57,063 nt of DNA. Source: Patescibacteria group bacterium (GTDB taxonomy: Bacteria; Patescibacteriota; JABMPQ01). A program made the position numbers and the translations under genes. Shown piece by piece: positions 19,188-30,844 of the stretch (positions are counted from its first letter, which is position 1; each line of letters starts with the position of its first letter). Below the pieces are notes generated by a model. That model made no database searches. It had not been told where the DNA came from and saw only the letters and a list, made by a program, of their open reading frames with translations. The stretch spans positions 1 to 57,063 of the forward strand of contig JBGTBM010000004.1 in assembly GCA_041749335.1 (NCBI GenBank), read 5' to 3'.

Positions 19188-19597
19188 TATTTTTCATTAT
19201 AAATAAATTTCGTCTTCACCGGCAGTTTATGCGCCGCCAATCTCATTGCTTCACGAGCAACCTCAATATCTACACCGCCCATTTCAAATATAATTCTTCC
19301 TGGTTTTATCGGAAAAACAAAATGGTCTACTGATCCTTTACCTTTACCCATAGGAACTTCCAAGCCTTTTTTGGTAATTGGCTTGTCGGGAAATATTCTT
19401 ATCCAAATTTTACCGCCCCTTTGCACAAATCTTGTCATTGCCCTTCTTGAAGCTTCAATTTGTCGAGACGTAATCCACTTTGAATCTAATGCTTTTAAGC
19501 CAAATGAACCAAAAGATAGCTCATTCCCTTTATGAGATATTCCCTTACTTCTCCCCTTCTGCCATTTCCGGTGTTTTACTTTTTTAGGCATTAACAT
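19187..19597 (-). CDS. rplP: 50S ribosomal protein L16
   Basis: [15 protein letters not shown]. Confidence 0.97.
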   Translation of the reverse strand: MLMPKKVKHRKWQKGRSKGISHKGNELSFGSFGLKALDSKWITSRQIEASRRAMTRFVQRGGKIWIRIFPDKPITKKGLEVPMGKGKGSVDHFVFPIKPGRIIFEMGGVDIEVAREAMRLAAHKLPVKTKFIYNEK

Positions 19598-19606
19598 ATA
19601 TCTATA

Positions 19607-20266
19607 TTATCCTTGATTATTATCTTTATTATCTTTACTAAAAACTTCACCTTTATAAATCCATACTTTTATTCCGATCACTCCGTACGTGGTATAAGCT
19701 CTAGCTGTAGCAAAGTCAATATTCGCTCTAAGCGTATGCAACGGCATACTTCCTTCTGCAAGCCATTCCCGGCGCGACATTTCAGAACCATCTAGCCTGC
19801 CAGATACCATTACCTTGATTCCTTTTACTCCAGCTGCACTCATCGATCTATCAATGGCTTGTTTTATCACCCTTCTAAAAGAAATCCTTTTTTCCAGCTG
19901 TTCTGCCATCACATAACCTACTATAGCGGCATCTGCCTCTGGGTTTTTAACTTCCTGGATATTTATGTTAATCTTTTCATTAACTATTTTTTCTATTTCC
20001 TTTTTTAATTCTTCAATTCCAGTCCCCCCTCTGCCGATAATAATTCCCGGCCTAGATGAAAAAATATTTATTTTTATCGCTTGAGGAGATCTCTCAATTT
20101 CTATCCTGGAAATTGCGGCATTTTTAAGCTTATTTAAAATAAATTTCTCAATTTTTACATCATTTAAAAAATTCTTGCGATATTTTTTCTTATCTGAAAA
20201 CCACTTGGAACTCCAAGTTTTTATTATACCTAGTCTAAAACTAATTGGACTAACTTTTTGACCCAT
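19607..20266 (-). CDS. rpsC: 30S ribosomal protein S3
   Basis: MGQKV.P, PLHTLRA.ID. Confidence 0.97.
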   Translation of the reverse strand: MGQKVSPISFRLGIIKTWSSKWFSDKKKYRKNFLNDVKIEKFILNKLKNAAISRIEIERSPQAIKINIFSSRPGIIIGRGGTGIEELKKEIEKIVNEKININIQEVKNPEADAAIVGYVMAEQLEKRISFRRVIKQAIDRSMSAAGVKGIKVMVSGRLDGSEMSRREWLAEGSMPLHTLRANIDFATARAYTTYGVIGIKVWIYKGEVFSKDNKDNNQG

Positions 20267-20279
20267 AAATGTTTATTAT

Positions 20280-20816
20280 TTATCCGCTTTTTCTTCTGAA
20301 CACTTTTTTAAATATTCCCTTTTTATTGCCTGCGTCTGAAATTTTTTCCTTATTAATATCCTTAAAATCTTTTTTTACCGGCTCATCTTTAATAATCTTT
20401 TTTACCGCTTCTTTTTCTTTGGGCTTTTTATCAGATTCAAGATTTTTTAACTTGCTCTTCTTTGTCGACTTTTTTTTGCTTTTTACCTTTTCTTCCAAAG
20501 TGATAATTATATGTGATGTCCTTTTTAAAATCGGATAGGCCCTGCCATATGCTCTTGGCATCCATCTTTTCAGCGTTGCCCCCTCATTTACCAATATTTC
20601 TGAAATAAATAAATTTTCTTCTTCAAATGAAAAATCATTTTTTGCAGTAGCGACCGCAGACTTTAACAATTTTCTAACCGATTGAGAAGCCTTTTTTGAA
20701 TTAAATGTAAGAAATTTTTCCGCTTCTTGCACATCTAGACCTCTAACAAGATCCGCTACTAAACGTACCTTTCTGGGACTAATATGCAAATGTTTTAATT
20801 GAACTTTAACTGGCAT
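20280..20816 (-). CDS. rplV: 50S ribosomal protein L22 with Lys-rich C-terminal extension
   Basis: ISPRKVRLVAD, PRAYGRA. Confidence 0.96.
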   Translation of the reverse strand: MPVKVQLKHLHISPRKVRLVADLVRGLDVQEAEKFLTFNSKKASQSVRKLLKSAVATAKNDFSFEEENLFISEILVNEGATLKRWMPRAYGRAYPILKRTSHIIITLEEKVKSKKKSTKKSKLKNLESDKKPKEKEAVKKIIKDEPVKKDFKDINKEKISDAGNKKGIFKKVFRRKSG

Positions 20817-20831
20817 AATGATTTTATAAAA

Positions 20832-21185
20832 TTATTCTTTCCCCTTAGCTGGTGCTTCAGATTCCGCAGTTGCTGCTTGTGTTTTCGCAGCACTGGCCGC
20901 CGCCGCCGCTGCTGCTTCTTCCTTGGCGATTTTACCTCCATGAACAACAAATTTTCTTGTAGGAGAAAATTCTCCCAATTTGTGGCCAACCATATCTTCC
21001 GTGACAAATACCGGAACATGCTCTTTACCGTTATGTACGCCAAAAGTAAACCCTACCATCTCGGGAAAAATAGCAGAACTTCTTGACCAGGTTTTAATAA
21101 TTTTTTTATCGCCGGGATTAGAATCATTCACTTTCTTTAAAAGCTTTTCGTCACACCATGGTCCCTTTTTTAAACTTCTTGACAT
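20832..21185 (-). CDS. rpsS: 30S ribosomal protein S19 with Ala-rich tail
   Basis: [16 protein letters not shown]. Confidence 0.97.
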   Translation of the reverse strand: MSRSLKKGPWCDEKLLKKVNDSNPGDKKIIKTWSRSSAIFPEMVGFTFGVHNGKEHVPVFVTEDMVGHKLGEFSPTRKFVVHGGKIAKEEAAAAAAASAAKTQAATAESEAPAKGKE

Positions 21186-21208
21186 ACAATTTTATCTATA
21201 TAAATTTA

Positions 21209-22054
21209 TTATCTCTTCCTTTTTTTCCTGAATTTTATAATCAAATTACTTGATTTCTTCTTCTTTTTTCTTGTTTTTACTCCCAGTGCGGGCTTTCCCC
21301 AAGGAGTCTTGGGATGAACTAAACCAATAGACGTTCTACCTTCACCACCACCATGCGGATGGTCTACAGGGTTCATTGCCTTACCTCGAACAGCTGGCCT
21401 TACGCCCATCCATCTTTTTCGTCCCGCTTTGCCGATAACAACATTCTCATGATTAACATTACTAACCACTCCAACACTAGCCATACAATCTTTTAACACT
21501 TTTCTTATTTCGCCTGAAGGCATTTTTAGATGAGCAAAATTTCCCTGGATTTCTATTAATTGGATAGAAGAGCCGGCCGACTTCCCTAACTGACCGCCTT
21601 TATTAATATCTAATTCTACATTATGCACTTGCGTTCCAGCCGGTATATATCTGAGAGGCATTCTACTACCCAAAGAGGCATCAATTTTTTTCTGTGAGAT
21701 TACTAATTTATCGCCAACCTTTATCCCTTCTGGAGCAATTATATATTTTTTTTCTCCGTCGTCAAATTTGATTAATGAAATAAAAGCTGATCGATAAGGA
21801 TCGTATTCTACTGTTTCAATCGTGGCGGGAATATTATACTTATTTATCTTAAAATCGACGAAACGATATTTTCTTTTACAGCCACCGCCCTTATGTCTTA
21901 CCGTTATTCTTCCGGTTTGTTTAGACCTGCCAAAATGGCTTGAAATTTTTTTAGACAACCTTTTATTGGGCTTGTCGGTAGTAATAGAACTAAAATCGCT
22001 GCCGGTCATAAACCTTCTTGATGGAGTTACTGGTTTGTATTTCTTTATTGACAT
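21209..22054 (-). CDS. rplB: 50S ribosomal protein L2
   Basis: MNPVDHPHGGGEG. Confidence 0.98.
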   Translation of the reverse strand: MSIKKYKPVTPSRRFMTGSDFSSITTDKPNKRLSKKISSHFGRSKQTGRITVRHKGGGCKRKYRFVDFKINKYNIPATIETVEYDPYRSAFISLIKFDDGEKKYIIAPEGIKVGDKLVISQKKIDASLGSRMPLRYIPAGTQVHNVELDINKGGQLGKSAGSSIQLIEIQGNFAHLKMPSGEIRKVLKDCMASVGVVSNVNHENVVIGKAGRKRWMGVRPAVRGKAMNPVDHPHGGGEGRTSIGLVHPKTPWGKPALGVKTRKKKKKSSNLIIKFRKKRKR

Positions 22055-22066
22055 AATAATTTTTTA

Positions 22067-22489
22067 CTAAACTCCTTCATATACTTGTATATTCTGACCT
22101 TGTTTAAGGGTAACAATTGCTTTCTTTTTATCTTTAGTTCTGCCCTGATATTTCCCATATCTTCTCTTTTTACCAGATAAATTAATAATATTAATCTTAA
22201 CCGAATCTACTCCGTAAATATCTTTAATTGCCTGCCTAATTTGTTTTTTATCTGCATCCTGAAAAACCTCAAATACATATTTATTTTCCGCAGTTAAATA
22301 TGTCGCCTTTTCCGAAATAGTCGGGCTGACTATCACCCTATATGCGCTGCTATTAATCCTGGCAACCGGTTTTTTAGCTTTTTCTTTGGCCTTCTTATTT
22401 TTATCAACTTTAACAACATCCGATTTTTTATTAACTTTTTCGGATTTACCTTCTTTCTTTCCTTTTTTGAATGTATCTAATATTGACAT
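22067..22489 (-). CDS. rplW: 50S ribosomal protein L23 with N-terminal extension
   Basis: P.ISEKA, KKAIVTL. Confidence 0.94.
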   Translation of the reverse strand: MSILDTFKKGKKEGKSEKVNKKSDVVKVDKNKKAKEKAKKPVARINSSAYRVIVSPTISEKATYLTAENKYVFEVFQDADKKQIRQAIKDIYGVDSVKINIINLSGKKRRYGKYQGRTKDKKKAIVTLKQGQNIQVYEGV

Positions 22490-22494
22490 ATATT

Positions 22495-23127
22495 TTATTC
22501 GGAACGCATTTTATTTAAAACTTCTAAACTATCTTTTGATAAAACCAAGTATTTATTAGTTAAAACATTATAGGCATTTAAATTAGCTGCCATTTCCAGA
22601 TTTAAATTTTTAATATTTCTAAATAACCTGGCAACATTTTCATCTACTTTATGCATAACAACCAAGGCATTATTATTTTTAATTTTTAAATTTTTTAACA
22701 TCAGGGCTGCTTCTTTTGTCTTTTTATCCTTAAAATCAAATTTGTCGACTAAAACAATTTTTTTATCGCTAAATTTAGAGGAAATTACCATTAGTAATGC
22801 CTTTTTTCTTTCCTTCTTATTTAATTTACGCGTATAGTTTCTTTCCGTACTTGGACCAAAAGTTACACCGCCGCCTTTCCATAGAGGAGATCTGATAGAT
22901 CCGGCACGCGCTCTTCCGGTACCCTTTTGCTTCCATGGCTTTCTACCCCCGCCCCTTACTTCTGATCTAGTTTTAGTAGAAGCAATATTTTTTCTAATAT
23001 TACCCAAATAAATCTCTACATAGCGATGAACTAAATTTGGATTAATTTCAATGCCAAAAATTTCTGGATCAACTTTTTCTTCTCCAATCTTTTCTCCTTG
23101 AATATTGTATAATGGCAAGCTTATCAT
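22495..23127 (-). CDS. rplD: 50S ribosomal protein L4
   Basis: KPWKQKGTGRARAGS. Confidence 0.97.
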   Translation of the reverse strand: MISLPLYNIQGEKIGEEKVDPEIFGIEINPNLVHRYVEIYLGNIRKNIASTKTRSEVRGGGRKPWKQKGTGRARAGSIRSPLWKGGGVTFGPSTERNYTRKLNKKERKKALLMVISSKFSDKKIVLVDKFDFKDKKTKEAALMLKNLKIKNNNALVVMHKVDENVARLFRNIKNLNLEMAANLNAYNVLTNKYLVLSKDSLEVLNKMRSE

Positions 23128-23131
23128 TTTT

Positions 23132-23746
23132 TTACTTAGCTACAATAGTTAATAGTGTATTTCTAGCTCCCGGTAAAGCACCGCTGATGGCAATTAAATT
23201 ATTATCTTTATCTACCTGTATGATTTGCAAATTTTTTATACTGGTTTTCTTATTCCCATGTCTTCCTGCCATTCTAATTCCCTTGAGTGTATGCTGAGGA
23301 AATCGAGAGCCAATTGATCCTGGAGCTCTTTCATCATGCCTATGCCCATGAGTTTTTGGAGATCCCTTAAATCCATGCCTTTTTACCACTCCGGTAAAAC
23401 CTTTTCCCTTAGAAATTCCTGATACCGTGATATAATCTCCTGATGCAAAATCACTTATTTCAATTTTTTGGCCGACTTTATAATTTTCAACTTCATCAAC
23501 TCTAAGTTCAATCAATTTACTTATATGCTGTAATTCCTTCTCCAGCTTTTTTAAATGTCCCTTTTCCGGTTTATTAATATTTTTTTTACGGCCAATACCT
23601 ATTTGAATCGCATTATACCCATCTTTCTTTTCATCCTTAATTTGAGTTACAACACAATTTTCAGCAGAAACCAAAGTAACTGGAATCATTTTATCTTTTT
23701 CCAGTATTCTGGACATACCAACTTTTTTTCCTACAATAAATTTCAT
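23132..23746 (-). CDS. rplC: 50S ribosomal protein L3
   Basis: GKKVGM, SKGKGF.G; likely start MKFIVGKK. Confidence 0.96.
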   Translation of the reverse strand: MKFIVGKKVGMSRILEKDKMIPVTLVSAENCVVTQIKDEKKDGYNAIQIGIGRKKNINKPEKGHLKKLEKELQHISKLIELRVDEVENYKVGQKIEISDFASGDYITVSGISKGKGFTGVVKRHGFKGSPKTHGHRHDERAPGSIGSRFPQHTLKGIRMAGRHGNKKTSIKNLQIIQVDKDNNLIAISGALPGARNTLLTIVAK

Positions 23747-23910
23747 GGTAATGCTATAAAACAAATTATATTAATAAAAAATGGGACCTTTGGCCTTTCT
23801 TTATGGCCCAGAAAGCCCCTCCGTATTCTGGCTTTCTATTCAAACATTCACAAACTTTACAGTTTTGCTATTAACAAACATAAAATTTTATTTATGCGTG
23901 TAAAACAATA

Positions 23911-24255
23911 TTACATTTTAATTTCTACATCAACTCCCGCAGGCAAATTAAGATTAGTCAAAGCATCAATCGTCTTGCCGGTTGGCTTAATAATGTCAAT
24001 CAGCCTCTTGTGAATTCTCATCTCATATTGTTCTCTCGAATCCTTGTGAACAAAAGATGATCGAATTACTGTATCGCGATGTTTTTCAGTGGGCAAAGGC
24101 ACTGGACCAGAAATTTCTGCCCCAGAACGCTTCGCGGTATCAACAATTTGTGATGCCGATTGATCAATGATCTTATGATCATAAGCCTTAATTTTGATTC
24201 TAATTCTTTGCGCGGGAATATTGTTTTCCTCGACTGCTTCTTTCTTTTTCGTCAT
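23911..24255 (-). CDS. rpsJ: 30S ribosomal protein S10
   Basis: [17 protein letters not shown]. Confidence 0.97.
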   Translation of the reverse strand: MTKKKEAVEENNIPAQRIRIKIKAYDHKIIDQSASQIVDTAKRSGAEISGPVPLPTEKHRDTVIRSSFVHKDSREQYEMRIHKRLIDIIKPTGKTIDALTNLNLPAGVDVEIKM

Positions 24256-24306
24256 TAAATAAATGTGCTAATTTAATTAATATATATTACAAATTATGTA
24301 ATTCTT

Positions 24307-25500
24307 TTATTTGCTAATTTTAGTCACTATACCGGCGCCTACTGTCTTGCCGCCTTCGCGAATAGCAAATTTCATTCCCTCTTCCATGGCGACAGCTGAT
24401 CCTAATTTTACATCAACATTAACCGTATCTCCCGGCATTACCATTTCTGTTCCCTCGGGAAGTTTAACAATTTCTCCGGTAACATCAGTTGTTCTTACAT
24501 AAAACTGCGGTTTATAGCCAGCGGTAAAAGCTGTGTGTCTTCCACCTTCTTCTTTAGTTAAGATATACACTTCAGACTTAAATTCGCTATGAGGTGTTAT
24601 ACTTCCTGGTTTAGCCAGAACTTGGCCTCTTTCCACTTCTTCCTTCTTGGTACCTCTTAAAAGTATTCCGGCATTATCCCCGGCTTGACCTTCTTCTAGC
24701 TGTTTATTAAACATTTCAATTCCAGTAACCACAGTTTTTTGCGTTTCACTGATTCCCACAATTTCAACTTCATCATTTAGCTTCACTGCCCCTCTCTCAA
24801 TTCTTCCGGTAACTACCGTACCACGGCCTTCAATTGAAAAAATGTCCTCAATTGGCATTAAAAATGGTTTTTCTACATCTCTTTTAGGTTCAGGAATATA
24901 TGTATCAAGCGCATTCAAAAGATCTAATATTGGTTTTCCATCTTCGCCGGTAGGATTTTCTAAAGCTTTTAAAGCCGATCCTCTAATAATTGGAATTTCA
25001 TCTCCGGGATATTCATATTTTTTAAGCAATTCTCTGACTTCTTCTTCAACCAAATCAATCAGATCTGGATCATCAACTTGATCAACTTTATTTAAAAAGA
25101 CAACGATAGCAGGCACTCCAACTTGTCCAGCTAACAAAATATGCTCTCTGGTTTGAGGCATAGGACCATCAGCGGCAGAAACTACCAAAATAGCGCCATC
25201 CATTTGAGCGGCGCCGGTAATCATATTTTTAATATAATCGGCATGGCCCGGACAGTCAACATGAGCATAATGTTTCTTCTCTGACTCATATTCACAATGA
25301 GAAGTGGCAATAGTAATGCCTCGTTCTCTCTCTTCCGGAGCATTATCAATTTGATCCACGGATTTTTCTGATGCTTTGCCTTTACCAGTTGCATTAATAA
25401 CCTTGAGAATTGCAGCGGTTAAAGTAGTCTTGCCATGATCAACATGACCAATAGTTCCAACGTTTACGTGAGGCTTGCCTCTTTCAAATTTTTCTGGCAT
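24307..25500 (-). CDS. tuf: Elongation factor Tu
   Basis: [17 protein letters not shown]. Confidence 0.99.
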   Translation of the reverse strand: MPEKFERGKPHVNVGTIGHVDHGKTTLTAAILKVINATGKGKASEKSVDQIDNAPEERERGITIATSHCEYESEKKHYAHVDCPGHADYIKNMITGAAQMDGAILVVSAADGPMPQTREHILLAGQVGVPAIVVFLNKVDQVDDPDLIDLVEEEVRELLKKYEYPGDEIPIIRGSALKALENPTGEDGKPILDLLNALDTYIPEPKRDVEKPFLMPIEDIFSIEGRGTVVTGRIERGAVKLNDEVEIVGISETQKTVVTGIEMFNKQLEEGQAGDNAGILLRGTKKEEVERGQVLAKPGSITPHSEFKSEVYILTKEEGGRHTAFTAGYKPQFYVRTTDVTGEIVKLPEGTEMVMPGDTVNVDVKLGSAVAMEEGMKFAIREGGKTVGAGIVTKISK

Positions 25501-25701
25501 ATTTTTTCTCCAAAAATAATTATTAATTACTTATATAAATATTCTTTCGTATTATAGTTTTATTTTGACCGGATGTCAACAAATAATAATACATTTTGTA
25601 ATTTTAATTAAGGCCTGTCATTATTAACCTTAAATAAAGCAAATAAATACTTTTTAATTATCAGAATAAAAAAATATTTATTCTATCCACAGATGTGGAT
25701 A

Positions 25702-26052
25702 TTAATCATCTTCTTCACCCATATCATAATAGTAGCTCAAATTTTCTTCTCCATTATAAAAATTATCTACTCGGTCTTTGGCGTTTTCTCTTTCCATCTG
25801 CTCGCCATATTCATTAATTTGATCATCTTGCTGATTTGATTTCCATTCAGCAATTGCCCGATTAATATTATCTACCAAAACCGTATCGGAATCCAATGGG
25901 CTGTTTTCTTTCTTTACGGCCGTATTAATCTTTTTATATTCATCAATACTCATTACCACCAAGGCCGGCTCATGATTATCAAAAATAACAAACCGATCCC
26001 TTTTATTATTTTTTATTAGATCCTTGATTTGTGATAATTGCTCGTTATTCAT
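25702..26052 (-). CDS. Hypothetical protein, weak Phd/YefM-like N-terminus and acidic tail
   Basis: FVIFDNHEPALVVMSIDEY resembles the Phd beta-alpha motif. Confidence 0.6.
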   Translation of the reverse strand: MNNEQLSQIKDLIKNNKRDRFVIFDNHEPALVVMSIDEYKKINTAVKKENSPLDSDTVLVDNINRAIAEWKSNQQDDQINEYGEQMERENAKDRVDNFYNGEENLSYYYDMGEEDD

Positions 26053-26067
26053 ATGAATAATTATTTA

Positions 26068-28146
26068 TTATTCGTTTTTATTATCGCCGATTATTTTTTC
26101 CGCAACATTTCTGGGAACTTCTTCATAATGGTTAAATTCCATCGTATAATTGGCGCGGCCTTGAGTTAAAGATCGAAGTGAAGTTGCATAGCCAAACATT
26201 TCCGCCAAAGGCACCATCGCCTTCACCACCTTCATGTTTGATCGATCTGACATATCCTGAATTTGCGCTCTTTTAGAATTCATATCGCCAATGACATCAC
26301 CCATAAATTCTTCTGGGGTGGTTACTTCAATTTTCATCATGGGTTCCAATAATATCGGCGTTGCTTTTTTTACTGCCGCTTGGAATCCCATTGATCCTGC
26401 GATCTTAAACGCTGCTTCTGATGAATCCACGTCATGATATGAACCATCAAATAGCGTGGCTCTCACATCTATTACGGGATAACCCGCGATAACGCCTCGG
26501 TCCATGGCTTCTTTAATACCTTTTTCTACCGCCGGAATAAATTCTTGCGGAATCACTCCGCCCCTAATTTCATTAACAAATTCAAATCCTTCGCCTCTTT
26601 TTCTTGGCTCAACTTTTATATATACGTGGCCATACTGACCTCGACCGCCGGATTGTTTAATGTATTTTCCTTCCGCCTCAGCCATAACCTTAACTGTTTC
26701 TTTAAAAGCGACTTGCGGTTCACCCACGTTAGCCTCAACCTTAAATTCCCTCCTCATTCTATCTACGATAATATCAAGATGCAATTCTCCCATACCGGAA
26801 ATTATCGTTTGTCCGGTATCTTCATCGGTTTTTCTTTTAAAGGTTGGATCTTCTTCCGATAATTCCTTTAAAGCATTGGCCATTTTTTCTTGATCGGCCT
26901 TGGTTTTTGGTTCAATCGCTATCGAAATAACCGGTTCGGGGAATGTAATCTTTTCTAAAATTACCGGATGGTCTTCATCGCATAAAGTATCGCCGGTAGT
27001 TGTTCCTTTTAATCCAACAACCGCCGCTATATCACCGGAAAAAACTTGCTTTTCTTCTTCTCTTTTATTGGCATGCATTCTTAAAATTCTGCCCACTCTT
27101 TCTTTCTTGCCGGAATTCGCATTAAGCACGTAAGATCCGGACTGCAAAGTTCCTGAATATACTCTAAAAAATATTAATTTTCCGACAAAGGGATCGGTAG
27201 CCACTTTGAATGCCAGAGCGGCAAACGGACCTTCGTCATCTTCTTCTCGAGTTTCTTTTTCGTTGGTTTTGGGATTAATTCCTTTTACCGGAGGCACGTC
27301 CAGGGGAGAAGGTAAATATTTAACTACCGCGTCTAAAATCGGCTGAACGCCTTTATTTTTTAAAGCTGTCCCGCAAAATACCGGGATCACGGCATAAGAT
27401 ACTACTCCCTTTCTTAAAGCTTGCTCTAATTCTTCACTGGATATTTCTTCTCCGGCCAAATATTTTTCCATCAAGGCATCTTCCTGTTCTACTACCTTTT
27501 CAATCATTTTTTCTCGATATTCTTTAGCCTTGTCTTGCATATCGGCGGGTATTTCAAATTCTTCAACGATCTCTCCCATATCTCCTTTAAATCGATAGGC
27601 TTTTTGTTTAATTAAGTCTATTACGCCTTCAAATTTATCTTCTGCTCCAATCGGCAATTGTACCGCAAAAGCATTGGTGGAAAGCCTCTCCTGAATTGAA
27701 TTAAGAGCGCTATAAAAATCAGCTCCTGTCCTATCCATCTTATTAATAAAACAGATGCGCGGAACTTTATATTTATCGGCTTGGTGCCACACTGTTTCTG
27801 ATTGCGGTTCCACTCCGGCAACTCCATCAAACACCACTACTCCGCCATCCAATACTCTCAATGATCTTTCCACTTCAACCGTAAAATCAACATGCCCGGG
27901 AGTATCAATAATATTTATTCGATGATCTTGCCAAAAACAAGTAGTAGCGGCAGAGGTGATGGTAATGCCTCTTTCTTTTTCTTGTTCCATCCAATCCATC
28001 GTAGCCTCGCCCTCATGCACTTCGCCAATTTTATGCGATCTTCCGGTATAAAATAAAATTCTTTCGGATACCGTAGTTTTACCGGCATCGATATGCGCAA
28101 TGATTCCGATGTTTCTTGTTTTTTCCAGTGGAAATTGTCTTGGCAT
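26068..28146 (-). CDS. fusA: Elongation factor G
   Basis: [24 protein letters not shown]. Confidence 0.99.
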   Translation of the reverse strand: MPRQFPLEKTRNIGIIAHIDAGKTTVSERILFYTGRSHKIGEVHEGEATMDWMEQEKERGITITSAATTCFWQDHRINIIDTPGHVDFTVEVERSLRVLDGGVVVFDGVAGVEPQSETVWHQADKYKVPRICFINKMDRTGADFYSALNSIQERLSTNAFAVQLPIGAEDKFEGVIDLIKQKAYRFKGDMGEIVEEFEIPADMQDKAKEYREKMIEKVVEQEDALMEKYLAGEEISSEELEQALRKGVVSYAVIPVFCGTALKNKGVQPILDAVVKYLPSPLDVPPVKGINPKTNEKETREEDDEGPFAALAFKVATDPFVGKLIFFRVYSGTLQSGSYVLNANSGKKERVGRILRMHANKREEEKQVFSGDIAAVVGLKGTTTGDTLCDEDHPVILEKITFPEPVISIAIEPKTKADQEKMANALKELSEEDPTFKRKTDEDTGQTIISGMGELHLDIIVDRMRREFKVEANVGEPQVAFKETVKVMAEAEGKYIKQSGGRGQYGHVYIKVEPRKRGEGFEFVNEIRGGVIPQEFIPAVEKGIKEAMDRGVIAGYPVIDVRATLFDGSYHDVDSSEAAFKIAGSMGFQAAVKKATPILLEPMMKIEVTTPEEFMGDVIGDMNSKRAQIQDMSDRSNMKVVKAMVPLAEMFGYATSLRSLTQGRANYTMEFNHYEEVPRNVAEKIIGDNKNE

Positions 28147-28161
28147 GTTAATTTATAATTA

Positions 28162-28521
28162 TTAATTTTTTCTTTGATTATTCGGATCTTTTCTTTTAAT
28201 AGTAATATAATAGATTAATGCTCCGACCCAGCCGGCCAGCACCACCACCAAAATCCATAGCATTTTATCGTTTTCTTTTTCAAAATTTCTTTTTGTCACA
28301 TCAACTATCATCCAAATCCATAACGCAATTCCCAACAAATTTACCAACATCATTAATCCGACAAATAGCATCCATAAAAACCAAAAGCTAAATATTGTTC
28401 CCATAATTAAAGCTACTGCCCCTCCGGCAGCAATATCGTTTGCATCCTTAGCATTACCCGCAAAGGGTATAAAAAAAACGCTGACGATTGTAAATAATTT
28501 TACTAATCTGCGGTTATTCAT
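28162..28521 (-). CDS. Membrane protein with PLDc_N-like domain
   Basis: W.WMIVDV....K.LWILVV...G.VGALIYY. Confidence 0.75.
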   Translation of the reverse strand: MNNRRLVKLFTIVSVFFIPFAGNAKDANDIAAGGAVALIMGTIFSFWFLWMLFVGLMMLVNLLGIALWIWMIVDVTKRNFEKENDKMLWILVVVLAGWVGALIYYITIKRKDPNNQRKN

Positions 28522-28553
28522 CTTTAAATAGTCTTAAAAAAATAATGTGCAAT

Positions 28554-29018
28554 TTATGCATAATGCGCGAAGGCTTTATTTGCTTCTGCCATTCTATGCG
28601 TATCTTCTTTTTTCTTGACAGCCGCGCCTTGATTTTTTGATGCTTCCAATATTTCATTGGCCAATTTAACCGACATTGCCTTGCCTTTTTTCTTTCTGGC
28701 GGTTTCAATCAGCCAGCGGAAAGCCAAAGTATTTTTTCTGTCTCCCTTAACTTCATAAGGAATCTGATAGTTGGCGCCGCCGATTCTTTTACCCTTAATT
28801 TCCAAATCCGGCGCGATATTTTTTAAAGCCGAATCAAATACATCCAGCGGATCCTTGTTGGTTTTTTTAAATACAATATCCAGGGCATTATAAACTATTT
28901 TTTGCGCCGCGCCCTTTTTTCCACACAACATAATTTGATTAATAAATCTGGAAATCAATAAATTATTGAATTTTGGATCTGGTTGTAATACTTTTTTTTC
29001 TGCTCGCGATCTTCTCAT
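28554..29018 (-). CDS. rpsG: 30S ribosomal protein S7
   Basis: GGANYQIP, HRMAEANKAFAH. Confidence 0.98.
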   Translation of the reverse strand: MRRSRAEKKVLQPDPKFNNLLISRFINQIMLCGKKGAAQKIVYNALDIVFKKTNKDPLDVFDSALKNIAPDLEIKGKRIGGANYQIPYEVKGDRKNTLAFRWLIETARKKKGKAMSVKLANEILEASKNQGAAVKKKEDTHRMAEANKAFAHYA

Positions 29019-29031
29019 ATATTATAAATAA

Positions 29032-29514
29032 TTATTTTTTATCCTTCGCTTTTTCAGCTGCCGGGGCCGAAGCTGTACCGGCTTCACCGCCGCCTCCGAT
29101 ATTTTTCGCTCCATATTTACTGCGGCCTTGTTTCCGATTGTCTACTCCGCCGGTATCAAATCTTCCGCGCACCACATGATATTTTACTCCGGGAAGATCC
29201 TTAACCCTTCCCCCTCTAATCATTACGATGGAATGTTCCTGTAAATTATGCCCTTCGCCGGGAATATATGCCGTTACTTCCATGCCGTTGGTCAGCTTCA
29301 CCTTGGCAATTTTTCTAAGAGCCGAGTTTGGCTTTTTGGGTGTTACGGTTGTTACCTTAGTACAAACGCCTTTTTTAAACGGACTGCCGCCTTTTCTGGA
29401 AGCTTTGGCGCCTCTATTTTTTATCGTATTCCAACCCTTCTGCAATGCTGGTGCTTTTGATTTTTTTGATGCTTTTCTTCTTTTTTTTCTAACTAACTGA
29501 TTGATTGTTGGCAC
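29032..29514 (-). CDS. rpsL: 30S ribosomal protein S12 (GTG start) with C-terminal extension
   Basis: [26 protein letters not shown]. Confidence 0.98.
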   Translation of the reverse strand: MPTINQLVRKKRRKASKKSKAPALQKGWNTIKNRGAKASRKGGSPFKKGVCTKVTTVTPKKPNSALRKIAKVKLTNGMEVTAYIPGEGHNLQEHSIVMIRGGRVKDLPGVKYHVVRGRFDTGGVDNRKQGRSKYGAKNIGGGGEAGTASAPAAEKAKDKK

Positions 29515-29656
29515 GGAATTTTAATTAAAATTTAATAAATTAATGATTGCAATAAAAAAACTAAACCACTTTAACAAAAATTTAAATCAATTTATTTTTG
29601 ATTTAGAGTTATTATTACACCATTTTTATAATCGGTCAATAATATTTTTTAAAATA

Positions 29657-30283
29657 TTATAAATATAAAAACCAATCAATCGCTCTAATCACTATTCCAA
29701 ATAAACTACTGAAGAAAAATCCGCCAAACATTACCAAACCGATCAAAATAAAAAATCCGTATCGCTGCAAAAATATTTTAACATTATCCATTGATCGCGG
29801 TAAAAATGCAAAAAGTAATTTTGAACCATCAAGGGGCGGGATGGGAAGCAAATTAAAAATCATCAAAATACCGTTTATTAGCACCAAAAAATATAGAAAC
29901 TGAAACAAGGCGTTTTCCGGCCTCAGATTAAATAAAGGATAGATAAATTTAATTACCAAGCTAAAAATTATCACCATTAAAAAATTTGACAGCGGACCGG
30001 CAATGGAAACGTAAGCGGGTCCCCATTTCTGATTTTTCAAATTATACGGATTGAAAGGCACCGGTTTGCCCCAGCCGAATCCGGCCAAAAATAATAAAAT
30101 CGTACCCCATAAATCCAAATGAGATAAAGGGTTTAAAGTTAATCTGCCCTCATTTTTGGCGGTCGGATCGCCCAAATAATATGCCATCGCCGCATGCGAA
30201 AACTCGTGGACTGTCAAAGCCATTATTATTGCAATCGCTGCCGCGAAAAATAGGATTGGTTCTTGTGCTAGTAAATTAATCAT
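29657..30283 (-). CDS. Site-2 protease, M50 family
   Basis: HEFSH, AGPLSN, NLLPIPPLDG. Confidence 0.92.
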   Translation of the reverse strand: MINLLAQEPILFFAAAIAIIMALTVHEFSHAAMAYYLGDPTAKNEGRLTLNPLSHLDLWGTILLFLAGFGWGKPVPFNPYNLKNQKWGPAYVSIAGPLSNFLMVIIFSLVIKFIYPLFNLRPENALFQFLYFLVLINGILMIFNLLPIPPLDGSKLLFAFLPRSMDNVKIFLQRYGFFILIGLVMFGGFFFSSLFGIVIRAIDWFLYL

Positions 30284-30431
30284 TTTGGAATAGTCGTTAG
30301 CTTTTAGTCATTAGTAAATAGTAATTTTAAAATAAGAACGCTAATCACTAACTACTAAAAATAAATTATTGCTTTGTTTTATTTATTATGTTAAGTTGTT
30401 TTCATAATAATTACTAATACATAATAATCAT

Positions 30432-30605
30432 ATGTCTAGAACGTGTCAAATCTGCGGCCGCGGACCGCTTTCAAGTGTTAGCCGCAGCCATTCCAATATC
30501 GCTACTAAAAGAAAACAATACGTAAATTTGCAATGGGCGCAGAAAGATGGCAAGCGCGTCAAAGCCTGCACCAAATGTATTAAGAGTATGCATAAGACAA
30601 AATAA
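30432..30605 (+). CDS. rpmB: 50S ribosomal protein L28 (57 aa, Zn-ribbon form; below the ORF-track cutoff)
   Basis: MSRTCQICGRG...SRSHSNIATKRKQYVNLQ...KACTKCIKS. Confidence 0.92.
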   Translation: MSRTCQICGRGPLSSVSRSHSNIATKRKQYVNLQWAQKDGKRVKACTKCIKSMHKTK

Positions 30606-30633
30606 ACAGGATCGATTTTGAATAGATAAAATT

Positions 30634-30656
30634 AAAGCCCCGAATGGGGTTTTTTT
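30634..30656 (+). terminator. Intrinsic terminator after rpmB
   Basis: AAGCCCC-GAAT-GGGGTT followed by a T-run. Confidence 0.7.
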
Positions 30657-30844
30657 ATTTACGTTCATTTAGATGTATTTAGAATAATGAATAATGAATT
30701 AGCAAGTAAGTAACTGGCAGCTAATTAGCTTATTAGTAAGTCAGTAGCTGTAAGTTATCAGATGACAGATAGAAGATATTAGATTTCAAGTTTTTTGTCT
30801 CTTGCTACCCATGTCTTATATCTTTTTTACACGTTATACAAAAT

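Noticed and set aside
30471-30668. Minus-strand 65-aa ORF
   Set aside because: Antisense to the clear rpmB gene on the + strand.
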